Part shown: positions 1 to 10,346 of the stretch, piece after piece
Layout: each line of letters opens with the position of its first letter
Position numbering within the stretch: position 1 is the stretch's first letter
Assembly (NCBI RefSeq): GCF_009936135.1
Contig: NZ_CP047901.1
Coordinates: 152,984 to 216,983 of the forward strand
Length of the DNA stretch: 64,000 bases
Reading direction: 5' to 3'
Source: Candidatus Chazhemtobacterium aquaticus
GTDB taxonomy: Bacteria > Patescibacteriota > Microgenomatia > UBA1400 > Chazhemtobacteraceae
Translations under genes and position numbers: made by a program
Notes under the pieces: model-generated
Seen by the model: only the letters and a program-made list of their open reading frames with translations
What the model was told of the DNA's origin: nothing
Databases searched by the model: none

Positions 1-750
1 CCCCGGTACCAACCACGACAACACTACCGTATCCTGCTGTACATCATCCCTATGTATAAACTCTCGCTCCCCTGGTTTAATCTCACCCCTTCGTGGCCTC
101 GACAACCTTCCCTGATTACCCACAAAGATATCTCTCACCATCTTTTTTGCCTCCTCCACCTCAAAATCTCCCGTCAACGACAACACACAGTTTTCGTTAA
201 CAAAATACTTACCATGCAACTCCTTTAAATCATCTCTGCTTAAACTTGCAATATACTCTGGCTGACCCATTCCATCTCTTGTATATCTATGACTCTTGCC
301 AAAATGCTGCTCCTCAAAAGCTCGTTGAAACCGATTGTGAGGTGAGTCCCACTTATCGTTGTACTCCTGCCTAATTACCTCAATCTCCCTCTCCATTACC
401 TCTTCTGGTATCACCGGCTCAAACACCAACTCATAAAGCAACTCCAATGCCTGCTTAAATGATGAACTGGGACCATATGTGTAATACGAGATATCCTCCC
501 TCCCCGTCCCCGCATTGTTATTCAATCCATACTCTTCCTTAAACAACTCCAGCTCCAACTTGTTTTTAAACCTCTTCGTCTGGTGAAAAGTTAAGTGTTC
601 AATAAAGTGAAACGCACCCCAATCCTTCCCCTCCTCATAACTACTACCAGCCCTAATCACCAAATTCGCCTTCACCGCCGGTAATCCTTTAATTGGATAA
701 AGTATTACTCGCAAACCATTAATCTTGTCCAAAATATACGGTTTCGTCAT
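1..750 (-). CDS. M16-family zinc metallopeptidase (insulinase-like), N-terminal part; gene runs off the window start
   Basis: Minus-strand translation from the ATG at 750 reads MTKPYILDKINGLRV...GAFHFIEHLTFHQTKRF..., with the inverted zinc-binding motif HxxEH (HFIEH) and a downstream REIEVIRQE glutamate region as in M16 peptidases. It is missing from the ORF track because it has no stop within the window. Confidence 0.55.
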   Translation of the reverse strand, partial: MTKPYILDKINGLRVILYPIKGLPAVKANLVIRAGSSYEEGKDWGAFHFIEHLTFHQTKRFKNKLELELFKEEYGLNNNAGTGREDISYYTYGPSSSFKQALELLYELVFEPVIPEEVMEREIEVIRQEYNDKWDSPHNRFQRAFEEQHFGKSHRYTRDGMGQPEYIASLSRDDLKELHGKYFVNENCVLSLTGDFEVEEAKKMVRDIFVGNQGRLSRPRRGEIKPGEREFIHRDDVQQDTVVLSWLVPG

Positions 751-758
751 CAATAACC

Positions 759-980
759 CTAATATATCACCTCAACCACCTTTCGTTTAGACTTATGACC
801 TGCCACTATATCCACCTGACTTTTCCCAACTTCAAAATACTCAGCCAACATCTCTACTACCGCCTTGTTTGCCCTACCCTCTAATGCCGGCTTGTTTACA
901 TGCACATGCACCACTCCCAACAAGTCCTTCTCCACCCTAGCTCTTCTTGAATTCACATGCACTAATATCTCCAGTCGCAT
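759..980 (-). CDS. DUF167/YggU-family small protein
   Basis: 73 aa; the pattern VKANLV...GKANKAVVEMLAEYFEVGKSQVDIVAGHKSKRKVV resembles the YggU/DUF167 family. Confidence 0.45.
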   Translation of the reverse strand: MRLEILVHVNSRRARVEKDLLGVVHVHVNKPALEGRANKAVVEMLAEYFEVGKSQVDIVAGHKSKRKVVEVIY

Positions 981-1053
981 ACTTCATTTTCACCTCCACC
1001 ATTCTTAAATGCAAAAGAGCCGGTGTTGGTGGTGATAACACCGGCTCTTTCTC

Positions 1054-1500
1054 TTACTCCTCAACCACGATGAAGTTGACATCTCCCCGATGAAGCCGAT
1101 ACTGCACCTCATCAGCATCATGGAAGCAGAATGTCTCATCCTCAACCCGGTCAAAGACCAACCGAGCCCCTGCTTCCAACTCGCCCTCTTCGTCGTTGAT
1201 GAGCACCCACATCCAGATCTGAGTCAAGTAGGTCTTACCCACCTCCAACTCAATCGGCTCAAGGATCAGTTCGATCTTCCCATCCAGCAGATACGGCGCT
1301 CCGCCTGCCCTGCTGAACATCAGATGTCCACTTTCTGAGTGGACCCTACCGCACTTTACACACGCACAACTCGACGTGTAAGAGTGACAGCCGGTCTGCA
1401 TTGGGAAAGACTGCGAACCCAACTCTCCATCACATCCCAACATCTGGCATTTCATCACGTGCCTCCTATATATCGCGGTTGAAATGTACTGACGTCCCAA
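1054..1500 (-). CDS. hypothetical cysteine-rich protein
   Basis: ORF of 148 aa with several Cys/His clusters (CxxC-like). No recognised family. Confidence 0.35.
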   Translation of the reverse strand: MGRQYISTAIYRRHVMKCQMLGCDGELGSQSFPMQTGCHSYTSSCACVKCGRVHSESGHLMFSRAGGAPYLLDGKIELILEPIELEVGKTYLTQIWMWVLINDEEGELEAGARLVFDRVEDETFCFHDADEVQYRLHRGDVNFIVVEE

Positions 1501-1573
1501 TATACCAAATCACATCCCTATTTTCAACACTATCGGACACACACTTTATTTCCCACCTATCCAAAAAACCTCG

Positions 1574-2080
1574 CTAATCCAACCTCTTCTTGTTAAGACC
1601 TCTATCAATCATCAATGGCATTACAAACAACGCCACCAACACCCATATCCACGTCTCACCCTTCCAAAAATAATATGTCTGTAAAACATCACCCATGCTC
1701 AAACCTCGCAAATGCAAACTCATCCCCGTCTCAAACACCACTGTCATCACCACCCACATCAATCCAACCAACACCAAATCTCGATCTGTATATTCTCCCC
1801 GAACCATCTTCAAGAACCACAGAATCGCCCAGTAAAACAACACTATTCCCGTCAATGAACTCAGCTGATGTGCCCACATTCCAAGATATGGCTCCAGGAT
1901 AGGCTTATACGTCATCTCCCGCACCACCGCATTAAATATTGCCAACACCAACAAAACCAACCAAAACAATACTGCCTTGATATAAAACTTTTTCATTTCC
2001 ACTTGATTATACAAACAAAAAACCTCCACATATAACAAACAGCCCTCGGACTTAACACCTCGGGCTGTTCGTTTAATCAA
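1574..2080 (-). CDS. hypothetical polytopic membrane protein
   Basis: 168 aa with about 4 hydrophobic helices. Confidence 0.4.
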   Translation of the reverse strand: MIKRTARGVKSEGCLLYVEVFCLYNQVEMKKFYIKAVLFWLVLLVLAIFNAVVREMTYKPILEPYLGMWAHQLSSLTGIVLFYWAILWFLKMVRGEYTDRDLVLVGLMWVVMTVVFETGMSLHLRGLSMGDVLQTYYFWKGETWIWVLVALFVMPLMIDRGLNKKRLD

Positions 2081-2085
2081 GAGCC

Positions 2086-2784
2086 TTAGAACTTACCAAA
2101 ACCCGGACCCACCGGACTCTTGTACAAAACTCCATGCTCTCCAGTGCCTTGGTCGTTATATACTTCCAAAACGGTAGCAAACTCACCCCATATAACAGGA
2201 CCTATTTCCTCACCATCACTGGTGTACCACATACCACCATCCTTATAAGCATCAGCCGGTGCTGCCACTATTTTAGTAAAGTAATTCCACTCATATGTCT
2301 CATCCTCTTCTTCATAAGAATCCCACATATGATTAGTCAACCATGCTCCTGAACCTATATAGCTTGGATAATCGTAAAGGCGATCCAGCTCTCCATCATC
2401 ATCACAGTCTTTATTGCTCAACCAAGCATCATCCCACTTCATCAATAACTGCGTAGTGCGATATGGCCAATACCATGTACCCTCCGCTGTCGGATTATCA
2501 TCCAAATATGCTTCGTCATCACCCTCGTACGGCGGGAAACCATCCTTACCTAAATAAGTATTAGCGTAAGAGCCCTTAAACATATGGCCTTGGTAGTTGT
2601 AACCATAAGCATCAAAGCCATTAACCAGTGGCTCTCCCTCCAAAAAGTGACCAGCCGAATACGTCAACACACCATCCTGGATGGTGACACATTTATCAGC
2701 CTTAGCCTCAACCGTTGTTAAAGTGACCAAACCAAATAATGCCATCAACACCATCCCTATAAACATAAATGTTATCTTTTTCAT
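2086..2784 (-). CDS. hypothetical secreted protein (Sec signal peptide)
   Basis: N-terminus MKKITFMFIGMVLMALFGLVTLTTVEAKA; acidic and aromatic-rich mature part. No family recognised. Confidence 0.45.
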   Translation of the reverse strand: MKKITFMFIGMVLMALFGLVTLTTVEAKADKCVTIQDGVLTYSAGHFLEGEPLVNGFDAYGYNYQGHMFKGSYANTYLGKDGFPPYEGDDEAYLDDNPTAEGTWYWPYRTTQLLMKWDDAWLSNKDCDDDGELDRLYDYPSYIGSGAWLTNHMWDSYEEEDETYEWNYFTKIVAAPADAYKDGGMWYTSDGEEIGPVIWGEFATVLEVYNDQGTGEHGVLYKSPVGPGFGKF

Positions 2785-2951
2785 CTTTTTCTCACCTCCC
2801 TTCCTATCTATCTAAATAAAAAAAGCCGCCTATAGCGGACTAATACTTAATAACCAACCGGGAATAAACACCAACCACCCTCATTACCTTTAACCTACCA
2901 CACCACCACCAATAGTCAACCCAAAACAATCTTGCCCACCCCTCCATTTCC

Positions 2952-3254
2952 TTATGCCTTCTTCTTATCCAGCTTATCAAGTCCTAACATCTTGACTCCA
3001 AAATAAACCACCAAGGCAATCACCACAAAATCAATAAACACGTTAAGAAAGTCTCCCCACATAATCTTGGCTGCACCCACCTGAACATAAGCACTCTGTA
3101 GATTCTCAACATTGCTTAACCCAAGAGCCAATACCGGACCAATAATGTCCTCTACCAAAGCAGAGACTAGTTTTGATACCGCTCCTCCTAAAATAAAACC
3201 AACTGCCAATCCCACCACACCTTGCTCACGAATAAAATCAATAAATCCCTTCAT
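2952..3254 (-). CDS. mscL: large-conductance mechanosensitive channel MscL
   Basis: 100 aa; MKGFIDFIREQGVVGLAVGFILGGAVSKLVSALVEDIIGPVL...NVFIDFVVIALVVYFGVKMLG...KKKA matches the MscL TM1, loop and TM2 pattern. Confidence 0.8.
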   Translation of the reverse strand: MKGFIDFIREQGVVGLAVGFILGGAVSKLVSALVEDIIGPVLALGLSNVENLQSAYVQVGAAKIMWGDFLNVFIDFVVIALVVYFGVKMLGLDKLDKKKA

Positions 3255-3328
3255 CTCTACCTCCCTTTCTTTTTCTCTAAAGAACTAATACCAACCTACC
3301 TACGTTATAGATCTCCCCACTAACAATG

Positions 3329-3568
3329 TCAATTTACCCCCTCTTTATATTTTTTTAACCTAAACACCCCCCTACTCGGCTTATACACTCTATCCGGATA
3401 CTTCTCTACCAATCTCCACACACAGCCATTAACTGTCTTTGGATGAAACTCTGGATTAGACTCACCAATTCTTTTCAACAAATCCGTCCATCGCACTCCC
3501 TCAGGACTTTCCTCCAATAACTCAAACACTTTCTCATAAATCTGTCTCGTTACTGTCTTTTTACTCAT
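3329..3568 (-). CDS. small hypothetical protein, possibly winged-helix
   Basis: 79-aa ORF. No family assignment. Confidence 0.3.
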   Translation of the reverse strand: MSKKTVTRQIYEKVFELLEESPEGVRWTDLLKRIGESNPEFHPKTVNGCVWRLVEKYPDRVYKPSRGVFRLKKYKEGVN

Positions 3569-3657
3569 ACTAAAACTGTACCAGTCCAGACAACTATAAA
3601 CACATCAAGGCTCAAAAAGTATCACGTCGTACAACAACCATTACAATGTTTTTGTCA

Positions 3658-3939
3658 CTACTTGTTAAAGAAGGAATATGCCACCCCGATGAGAAACTTA
3701 ACAACAATTATTCCCAGAAGAAAAACCAGCGCCTCCCTATCTCCGGATATAAACAAAAATCTATTTCTAACCATTACCGACAAAAACAAAACTAAAGCCA
3801 AGATACCTAACGCATAACCAGCAATTGCATAAATACTCATCCAGTCATTGTTCTTGGCGATCAAGCCAATCCCCCGACTACAAAGAGCCATCCCAATAAT
3901 AAAAACAGCAATAAAAACATGGCGAACAGAAACACTCAT
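3658..3939 (-). CDS. hypothetical small membrane protein
   Basis: 93 aa with 3 hydrophobic segments. Confidence 0.3.
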   Translation of the reverse strand: MSVSVRHVFIAVFIIGMALCSRGIGLIAKNNDWMSIYAIAGYALGILALVLFLSVMVRNRFLFISGDREALVFLLGIIVVKFLIGVAYSFFNK

Positions 3940-4019
3940 ATAGCCATATTAACATCCTCACATCGATACCAAAAGGCAAATTTAAGACCTCATTACCCAA
4001 CACAGCGTATAATACCCTT

Positions 4020-4322
4020 ATGAGCAAGAATCCTATCCTCAACGCTCTCACTGCCACTGCATATATCACCCTTGTTTCCTCAATCATGTACTATGGCACC
4101 CAGTTCGCCCCCAAAAACGACTCTTTCCTTGCTCCCATTGCCATGCTCTCTCTATTCACGCTCTCAGCTGCCGTCATGGGCTATCTTTTCTGCTACCAAC
4201 CTCTTCTTCTACTTTTCGCCAAAAAACAAAAGGCTGCTCTCAATCTCTTTCTTCAAACCCTGGCTATCTTTGCCGTTACCACCATATTGTTTCTCCTACT
4301 TCTTTTCTCCGGACTAATCTAG
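4020..4322 (+). CDS. hypothetical small membrane protein
   Basis: 100 aa with 3 hydrophobic segments. It is the only + strand ORF in this stretch. Confidence 0.3.
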   Translation: MSKNPILNALTATAYITLVSSIMYYGTQFAPKNDSFLAPIAMLSLFTLSAAVMGYLFCYQPLLLLFAKKQKAALNLFLQTLAIFAVTTILFLLLLFSGLI

Positions 4323-5366
4323 TCAAACCACACTCACAACAACTGGATTAACTGACTCCTCACTCCCTACCAACACCTTATTCTCCCCAGCCTCCCTTAA
4401 CTCCTCCTTGTACAAATACTCAACTATCTCACCTGCTACATCCCGAGACTCTCCCTCCATCGGATAATGACGAATATCAATCCCAGGACAATCATTTAAC
4501 TCCAACACTGTCGGATTATTCAACATCTTGTCATAAATCATATCTACCCCCGTTATCTCCATCCCCACCGCTTTTGCCGCCCTCACCGCTATCTCTTTAA
4601 TTTCATCACTTACCTCATCAGTTGCATCAACCCCTATTCCCCCAGTGCTGATATTAGCGTTTTGTCGCAGAAACACCTTCTCTCCTCTTTGCGGAACATA
4701 TGTCAATTTCATATTTAGTTTTTTAAGATTCCTCATTATCTCTCCATTCACTTTTATCCTGCACAAAGGCTTCTCGTATCTCTCACCCACATCTGGATTC
4801 TCGTTGTATCTCTTAATCAGCTCTCGAATATTTTTAACACCATCACCTACCACATGAGCCGGTATTCTCTCCATCACCGCAACTACCCTGTCACCCACCA
4901 CAAAGAAACGATAATCCTTACCCTTTATATACTCCTCAACTAAAACATTCTTTTTCCCCGGACTCGTAAAAACCATCGACAACACCTCCTCAAACTCATC
5001 CAACGACTCAATATTGACCACCACCCTTCTACCATGAGCCCCTCTAACCGGCTTTAACACACAAGGGAAAAAATCTTTATCAGTCACCAACTTTCTCGCC
5101 TCAACCTTAGTTCTAACTAGCCAGCTTCTTGGTACCGGAATCCCATTAGCCAACAACACCTTCCTTGTCAGAAACTTATTATTTGCCACAAAACAAGCAG
5201 GTTGAGAGTTAACCGGAAAAGAAGTTCCCATCACAAATACCGATCTTCCTTTGTGTGAAAGCTCAAGTAAGTTAAAGCGGCTAGAGATCACCTTTACATC
5301 CAATCCTCTCACCAAAATTGCCTCCAAAATTAACTGGGCACTGTTTGTTTTAAGAACGGTCTTCTT
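4323..5366 (-). CDS. ATP-grasp family ligase (RimK / cyanophycin-synthetase-like)
   Basis: FPCVLKPVRGAHGRRVVVNIESLDEF...EEYIKGKDYRFFVVGDRVVAVMERIP... matches the ATP-grasp fold. The likely start is MKKTVLK at 5366, although the ORF track extends to 5402. Confidence 0.55.
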   Translation of the reverse strand, partial: KKTVLKTNSAQLILEAILVRGLDVKVISSRFNLLELSHKGRSVFVMGTSFPVNSQPACFVANNKFLTRKVLLANGIPVPRSWLVRTKVEARKLVTDKDFFPCVLKPVRGAHGRRVVVNIESLDEFEEVLSMVFTSPGKKNVLVEEYIKGKDYRFFVVGDRVVAVMERIPAHVVGDGVKNIRELIKRYNENPDVGERYEKPLCRIKVNGEIMRNLKKLNMKLTYVPQRGEKVFLRQNANISTGGIGVDATDEVSDEIKEIAVRAAKAVGMEITGVDMIYDKMLNNPTVLELNDCPGIDIRHYPMEGESRDVAGEIVEYLYKEELREAGENKVLVGSEESVNPVVVSVV

Positions 5367-5706
5367 CATATTAATTACCAAAAAACTACATAAATCAAAC
5401 AAATACTAATCACTTACTAAAGACACCCAAAACAATCAAAAGCAAACTATTCACCGTGAACATTCTCCTCAACAATTTCAATCCGCACCAACCCAAACGT
5501 ATATCTATTGCTCAGCTAATGACCACAAGATAATCACTTACTCAATCCCGATTATCACTTCTTCAATAAGCCTATTTAGATCATTATAGTCCCTTAATGC
5601 CATTCTGGCTATTTTCCCTCTCTTCACACCCTTAATCTAAAAAAACAAAGACCTAAAACACACATAGCAAAAATTAGTCAAATTCAAGCTAGATAAATAA
5701 AGTAAT

Positions 5707-6993
5707 TTACTGGCAATCACTATCACAAGCTATACCGTCCTTGTCTGCATCCCTTGCCCCACATCCGCAAGCATTCAACTGGTATTGAGCTTCGGCACAA
5801 GATGACATTTGAGAGCAAGTTTTAGAACAATCACAAGCATAGCTCCCTGAAGTTTGGTTAGACGGTCGAGGCTGAGTAGGAGTAGTGGTCTGCTGAATAA
5901 TCTGGGTTGGGGTAATAGTCTTTTGCTGGACTTGAGTGGGTTGGACATTACAGACATCTCCCCATAATCCTTTTTTCTCCTCTCTCGCTTGTCTTTGGGC
6001 TTCAACAAACTTATTTTGATACTTTAAATCTGGAGGGTAACTGCTTGATTGAGCATAACCTTCCCTAACTAGGTATTCATTCACCAATATATCACCAAGC
6101 CAAACATACCTTAAAAGTCTGCCATACCTATCGGTTTCAGAAACATCTTTTTCTAACCTAACTTCCTTGCCTTCAACCAACTCCCTATTCTTATCGGAAG
6201 CCTCCTTGCCAAAACACTGGACTGGTTTACTGGGGTGAACTGTTTCAGGTGTATCGATTCCAATATACCTGACTACTTGACCACCCTCAATTTTGATGGT
6301 GTCGCCGTCAACAACATTGATTACTTTTGCCTTATATCTGGAAGGGTTAAAGTTCACAAAAGTCCCGCCAACCGCACTCTCATTGCCAACAGCATCGATT
6401 GCCTTAACACTAATTGTATTAGCACCTAAAACCAAACCGGTTTTAATCTCAAACTCGCCTTTATCATTGGTTGTAGTAGCGGACAGCTCGTTATCCTGGA
6501 TAGAGGCAACAATTTTTACGTTAGGCTCAGAAACACCCTTAATAACTATTTCTTCTTCGCTATCATCAGGAAGATTATCGGGTAAAAAAATTTCTGGCTT
6601 AGGGGGAGAGGTTTGATCTATCGTAATGACGATATTTTCATTCCTACACTTTCCTTTTTCTTCTGAGCTACACACCTCAACCATATAGTTGTAGCTGCCA
6701 TCGGTTAGGTCATTCAAGACAAAGAAAAACTTCCCGCTGGAATCAGACTTAACTGATTGGATAACCTCATTATCTTTGATAAGATACACGGGTTTTCCTG
6801 AGTAGGTTTTACCAGCGATAGAAACAGAGCCTTTATTGATTGGGTCATTTTTTTCTAAGGTAAGGGAGGGAGCGGAAGGAAAGATAATAACCATCAAGAT
6901 TACAAAGACAAGCAAGTAAAAACCAGAGGCAATTATAGATTTCCACCACTTGCCAGATCGAAAACCAGGGACTCTCCTTAACCAAGAAAACAT
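5707..6993 (-). CDS. membrane-anchored secreted nuclease: N-terminal TM, Ig-like (Big) region, SNase/thermonuclease domain, C-terminal Excalibur Ca-binding motif
   Basis: SNase signature YKAKVINVVDGDTIKIEGGQVVRYIGIDTPE...RYGRLLRYVW. Cys-rich C-terminus ...RDADKDGIACDSDCQ (Excalibur DxDxDG-type). N-terminal hydrophobic anchor. Confidence 0.65.
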   Translation of the reverse strand: MFSWLRRVPGFRSGKWWKSIIASGFYLLVFVILMVIIFPSAPSLTLEKNDPINKGSVSIAGKTYSGKPVYLIKDNEVIQSVKSDSSGKFFFVLNDLTDGSYNYMVEVCSSEEKGKCRNENIVITIDQTSPPKPEIFLPDNLPDDSEEEIVIKGVSEPNVKIVASIQDNELSATTTNDKGEFEIKTGLVLGANTISVKAIDAVGNESAVGGTFVNFNPSRYKAKVINVVDGDTIKIEGGQVVRYIGIDTPETVHPSKPVQCFGKEASDKNRELVEGKEVRLEKDVSETDRYGRLLRYVWLGDILVNEYLVREGYAQSSSYPPDLKYQNKFVEAQRQAREEKKGLWGDVCNVQPTQVQQKTITPTQIIQQTTTPTQPRPSNQTSGSYACDCSKTCSQMSSCAEAQYQLNACGCGARDADKDGIACDSDCQ

Positions 6994-7111
6994 TTGCCGC
7001 GATTATACTATCTTACTTGAAGAATTTGTATAACTACGTCCTGGCCACACACTTTTGTCACAAGCTCCCTGTCTCCAAAGCAATACAAACCACAATCAAA
7101 TCGTGATTTAT

Positions 7112-7561
7112 TTATTGAACACAAAACCCCGAAAATGATTGGCTACCTGCCCAAACACTAGTACTCGATCGAGAAAACGTACCATCATTCTTATTTATAG
7201 TAATATTATCAGTACCCCCCGATGACGTAACAACCCCAATAGTTACTACATTTTCGTCTTCTAAGAGCTTATCCCAAACTTGAGTTCCCCCTAAAGGAAA
7301 ATTTACCGACGGAGTATTGGTAAACATATCTGTAAGAACCAGAAAATCACCAACGTCTGATTTTTTTGTTGATTCGGTTATTTCACATCTTAAAATGTTA
7401 GCCATTTGAAAAATAGGCTTATACAAATCCGATGTCCCAATCAATCCACTCATCCTTATCCAAAGACCACTAGCTATCATCAACATTATCACCAAAACAG
7501 CTTTATAAACTTTCTCATCAATCCACTTTTCACGAGTGGTTTCCTCTTTTATTACTGCCAT
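7112..7561 (-). CDS. hypothetical protein with N-terminal TM
   Basis: 149-aa ORF. Confidence 0.35.
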   Translation of the reverse strand: MAVIKEETTREKWIDEKVYKAVLVIMLMIASGLWIRMSGLIGTSDLYKPIFQMANILRCEITESTKKSDVGDFLVLTDMFTNTPSVNFPLGGTQVWDKLLEDENVVTIGVVTSSGGTDNITINKNDGTFSRSSTSVWAGSQSFSGFCVQ

Positions 7562-7568
7562 TTTATTT

Positions 7569-8522
7569 CTATTTATAAATATCCCTATGCAAATATAAAA
7601 ACGATTGCTCTGATAACCTTACTGCCTCAGGTATTTGCCTGCTATCAGATACAAGAGTATGACACGAACCATTGGTCCAATGGCCAACTTTGGAACAATC
7701 AATCATTTCCAAAGAAGTTTTAACATAATCGTGGTGGAAACGATAATATATCTTGAGCCCTCTTTTATTGGGAACGATTTCAGCATAATTGCGACCATGT
7801 CTTGACATGTAGGCAATATATTTCTTGGTATATTTAACCTTCGTTTCAGGTTTTACCACCATCAATTGTTTTTCAAACTCCGCAAGCAATGTCAACGTCT
7901 CTTCCCAGCCCTCTTTTACCAAGTCTTCAAGCTCATATACCTTAACTTCTTTTGCCACATCTTTTATAAGCTTATCCTTTGTGTATGCCTGAATTGATAC
8001 GGTCGTCTTAAAAGGTTTTATGGGGTCAAATTCAACTATTCCGTTTTCATACGTTTTTACCTCATATAAGGAAAACGGCAGATCTTTAAAGTTAATTGCG
8101 TTCTTCTGATAATTAGTAAACTCCGGAGAAATAAAGATCAATCTTGATTGCTCCCAGTCAATATCACCCTTATCAAAGTTTTTTTTCAAACGCCGATTAA
8201 GCTCTAAAACAAACTCAGCTTTATTATGAAGCATGGCAGAAAGATAAGAAAAACCCTGATCAATAACGCTAAAATTCCTGTCCTTCTTATACTCAATAAT
8301 TACGAACGATTTTTGATGTTCGTCAAAAGTCAGAGTGTCAATATAAAAATCCTGCTCCTGAACCCGTACACTAAACTCATTATTCAGATAACCACTAACA
8401 AATCTTAAGCCAAAAATTGTTTCTAGATTTTCCTCGGTAAGCTTCTGAATATCACGCTCAAGGCCAAGCCTTTTCTCTCTTACTAGTTCTAATCGATTCC
8501 CTTTCTTTGTATAAATTGCCAT
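7569..8522 (-). CDS. hypothetical protein with PD-(D/E)xK-like nuclease motif (NucS/DUF91-like N-domain)
   Basis: N-terminal region ...FYIDTLTFDE...FVIIEYKKD fits a D...ExK restriction-endonuclease-like core. Remainder unassigned. Confidence 0.3.
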   Translation of the reverse strand: MAIYTKKGNRLELVREKRLGLERDIQKLTEENLETIFGLRFVSGYLNNEFSVRVQEQDFYIDTLTFDEHQKSFVIIEYKKDRNFSVIDQGFSYLSAMLHNKAEFVLELNRRLKKNFDKGDIDWEQSRLIFISPEFTNYQKNAINFKDLPFSLYEVKTYENGIVEFDPIKPFKTTVSIQAYTKDKLIKDVAKEVKVYELEDLVKEGWEETLTLLAEFEKQLMVVKPETKVKYTKKYIAYMSRHGRNYAEIVPNKRGLKIYYRFHHDYVKTSLEMIDCSKVGHWTNGSCHTLVSDSRQIPEAVRLSEQSFLYLHRDIYK

Positions 8523-8709
8523 ATTAACTTACCTAGCTCCACACTGTAAACAGCGTTAGAAACATTATACGACAACAAGAAGAGTATATTTGTCTTTCAA
8601 ACTTAAAAAATAAGACAAACGAAATTAAAGATGTAGTGGCATGGCAACTATTCTAAAAAACACTATTGCAATTATGTAATAATTGTTTTAAATTTCAAAC
8701 AATTATTGT

Positions 8710-9456
8710 ATGACTAAAATCACAAAACCCGGACCAAAACCAGCTAAAAACACCTTCGGCTTTATGGACGAGGTGGGACTACTACACTCACCCTCAACAG
8801 AACGACTATTCGGCTTAGGGTTACTTAAGCTCCACCACCCATCAGAACTACATAAAAGTATCGTCAACTATAAAAATAAGACAGGGTTTCATTCAGAATT
8901 CAAGTTCGCAAATGTCAGCAATAGCAATCTCACGCTATATAAAGGATTTATAGATTTGTTTTTTGATACTAAACATTCCCACTTTAATAGCATATTGTTT
9001 GACAAAAAGAACCTAGATCTAAAAAGCTACTTTAGAAACAATCATCACAAAGCTTACAACTCTTTCACAAGCAAACTTATTGCGGAGTCACTTGAGGCAG
9101 GTGAATATATTGTTGTCCTCGCTGACGATTTGAGCACGCCTAAGCACGATAACTTTGAAAAAGAAGTTAAGAAAAAAGTTAAGGTGAAAGCCAGAAGGAA
9201 CGCCCTGTATGGTATTTGCCGGCTCGAATCTCATGCTGTAAGCGAACTTCAAATGGCAGATGTCCTCATTGGAACAGTGGCGTATTCATTTAAAATTAAA
9301 TACAAAGTGGCTGGGCTTAACAGAAAAAACGCCAAGTTCAGACTACTAGTTCATCTTCAAAACAAACTTAACACTGACTACTTAGCAGAATCTCACAACT
9401 ATAAAGCAAAATATGGAATTAAATTTAAAATTAACGAATTCTTTGATGAAAAATAA
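8710..9456 (+). CDS. DUF3800-family protein
   Basis: N-terminal FMDEVG motif (DUF3800 IDESG-like) and C-terminal H..SELQMADVLIG motif. Confidence 0.5.
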   Translation: MTKITKPGPKPAKNTFGFMDEVGLLHSPSTERLFGLGLLKLHHPSELHKSIVNYKNKTGFHSEFKFANVSNSNLTLYKGFIDLFFDTKHSHFNSILFDKKNLDLKSYFRNNHHKAYNSFTSKLIAESLEAGEYIVVLADDLSTPKHDNFEKEVKKKVKVKARRNALYGICRLESHAVSELQMADVLIGTVAYSFKIKYKVAGLNRKNAKFRLLVHLQNKLNTDYLAESHNYKAKYGIKFKINEFFDEK

Positions 9457-9562
9457 AAATAGACAGCGCTATGAATACAATCCCGAACAAGCAGGAATTC
9501 ACGCTCTCTGTCTATAAAACTATTATATTGTGATCCCCAAAATACGTCAACACTTCTAATAA

Positions 9563-9970
9563 TGACGAATTACTAAGGACTTCTGTGTTATAAAACGAAA
9601 AGAGTATCGGGTAAAACAGAAGGCAATCAACAAGAAAATTGAGAAGCTACAGTTTGCCGATGAGGAATACTACATAACCTCATCTTACCTGCTAAAGCTG
9701 GCTGAAAACGCTGGAAAAATCTTTGAGAGTTCTGAAGCTCACGAAAAACGGCTACTTTTGAAAATGGCACTTCAGAACTTAGAGCTAAAGGGCAAAAAAG
9801 CCCGATATGACTGGATAAAACCGTTTGACAAGATAGCTTTTTACGCCTCTCGTCAAAGTTGGCTCGAGGATCGCAGTGTTAATATAACTAACTTATTTAT
9901 AGCGCCTAAGAATTATAAGTTAGTTAGTAAGTTACAAAAAGAGATGGAGGAAACCAAGAATTCTTCTTAA
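9563..9970 (+). pseudogene. C-terminal gene fragment of an unidentified (recombinase/integrase-like?) family, copy 1 of 2
   Basis: The open frame begins right after a stop at 9563 with no catalytic N-terminal part. Its product ...KEYRVKQKAINKKIEKLQFADEEYYITSSYLLKLAENAGKIF...KRLLLKMALQNLELKGKKARYDWIKPFDKIAFYASRQSWL is homologous to 20439..20723. Confidence 0.35.
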
Positions 9971-10346
9971 CTTTTTCGTCTTGGGCGACGTTAATTCCTT
10001 GTTGTTTCTTTAGATTTTCCTCAAATTCCTTCTGCCTTGCTTTATACTCTTCTTCTGTTACCAATCGCTCTTCGTATAAAGATTGGTAAAGAGAAAACGC
10101 TGATGCTTCAAGTGTCCAAACGGCATTTGCAACGTCTTTTACTGCAGAATACATATTATTGTTAACGTCGACAACAATTCTCCTTAAACCTGTGGATATG
10201 CCGTTCGCGTCCTGCTGCCAAATTTTAACCTGTGATTTCTTATGTTCAGCGTCTTTACGAGCAGCAGAAAACTGCCAAATGTTAATACCTACAGAAATAA
10301 TTCCAAATACTGTAGTAAAAATAGTCCAACCCTCGGCAGTATCCAT
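9924..10346 (-). CDS. hypothetical protein with N-terminal TM
   Basis: 140-aa ORF. Confidence 0.3.
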   Translation of the reverse strand: MDTAEGWTIFTTVFGIISVGINIWQFSAARKDAEHKKSQVKIWQQDANGISTGLRRIVVDVNNNMYSAVKDVANAVWTLEASAFSLYQSLYEERLVTEEEYKARQKEFEENLKKQQGINVAQDEKVKKNSWFPPSLFVTY

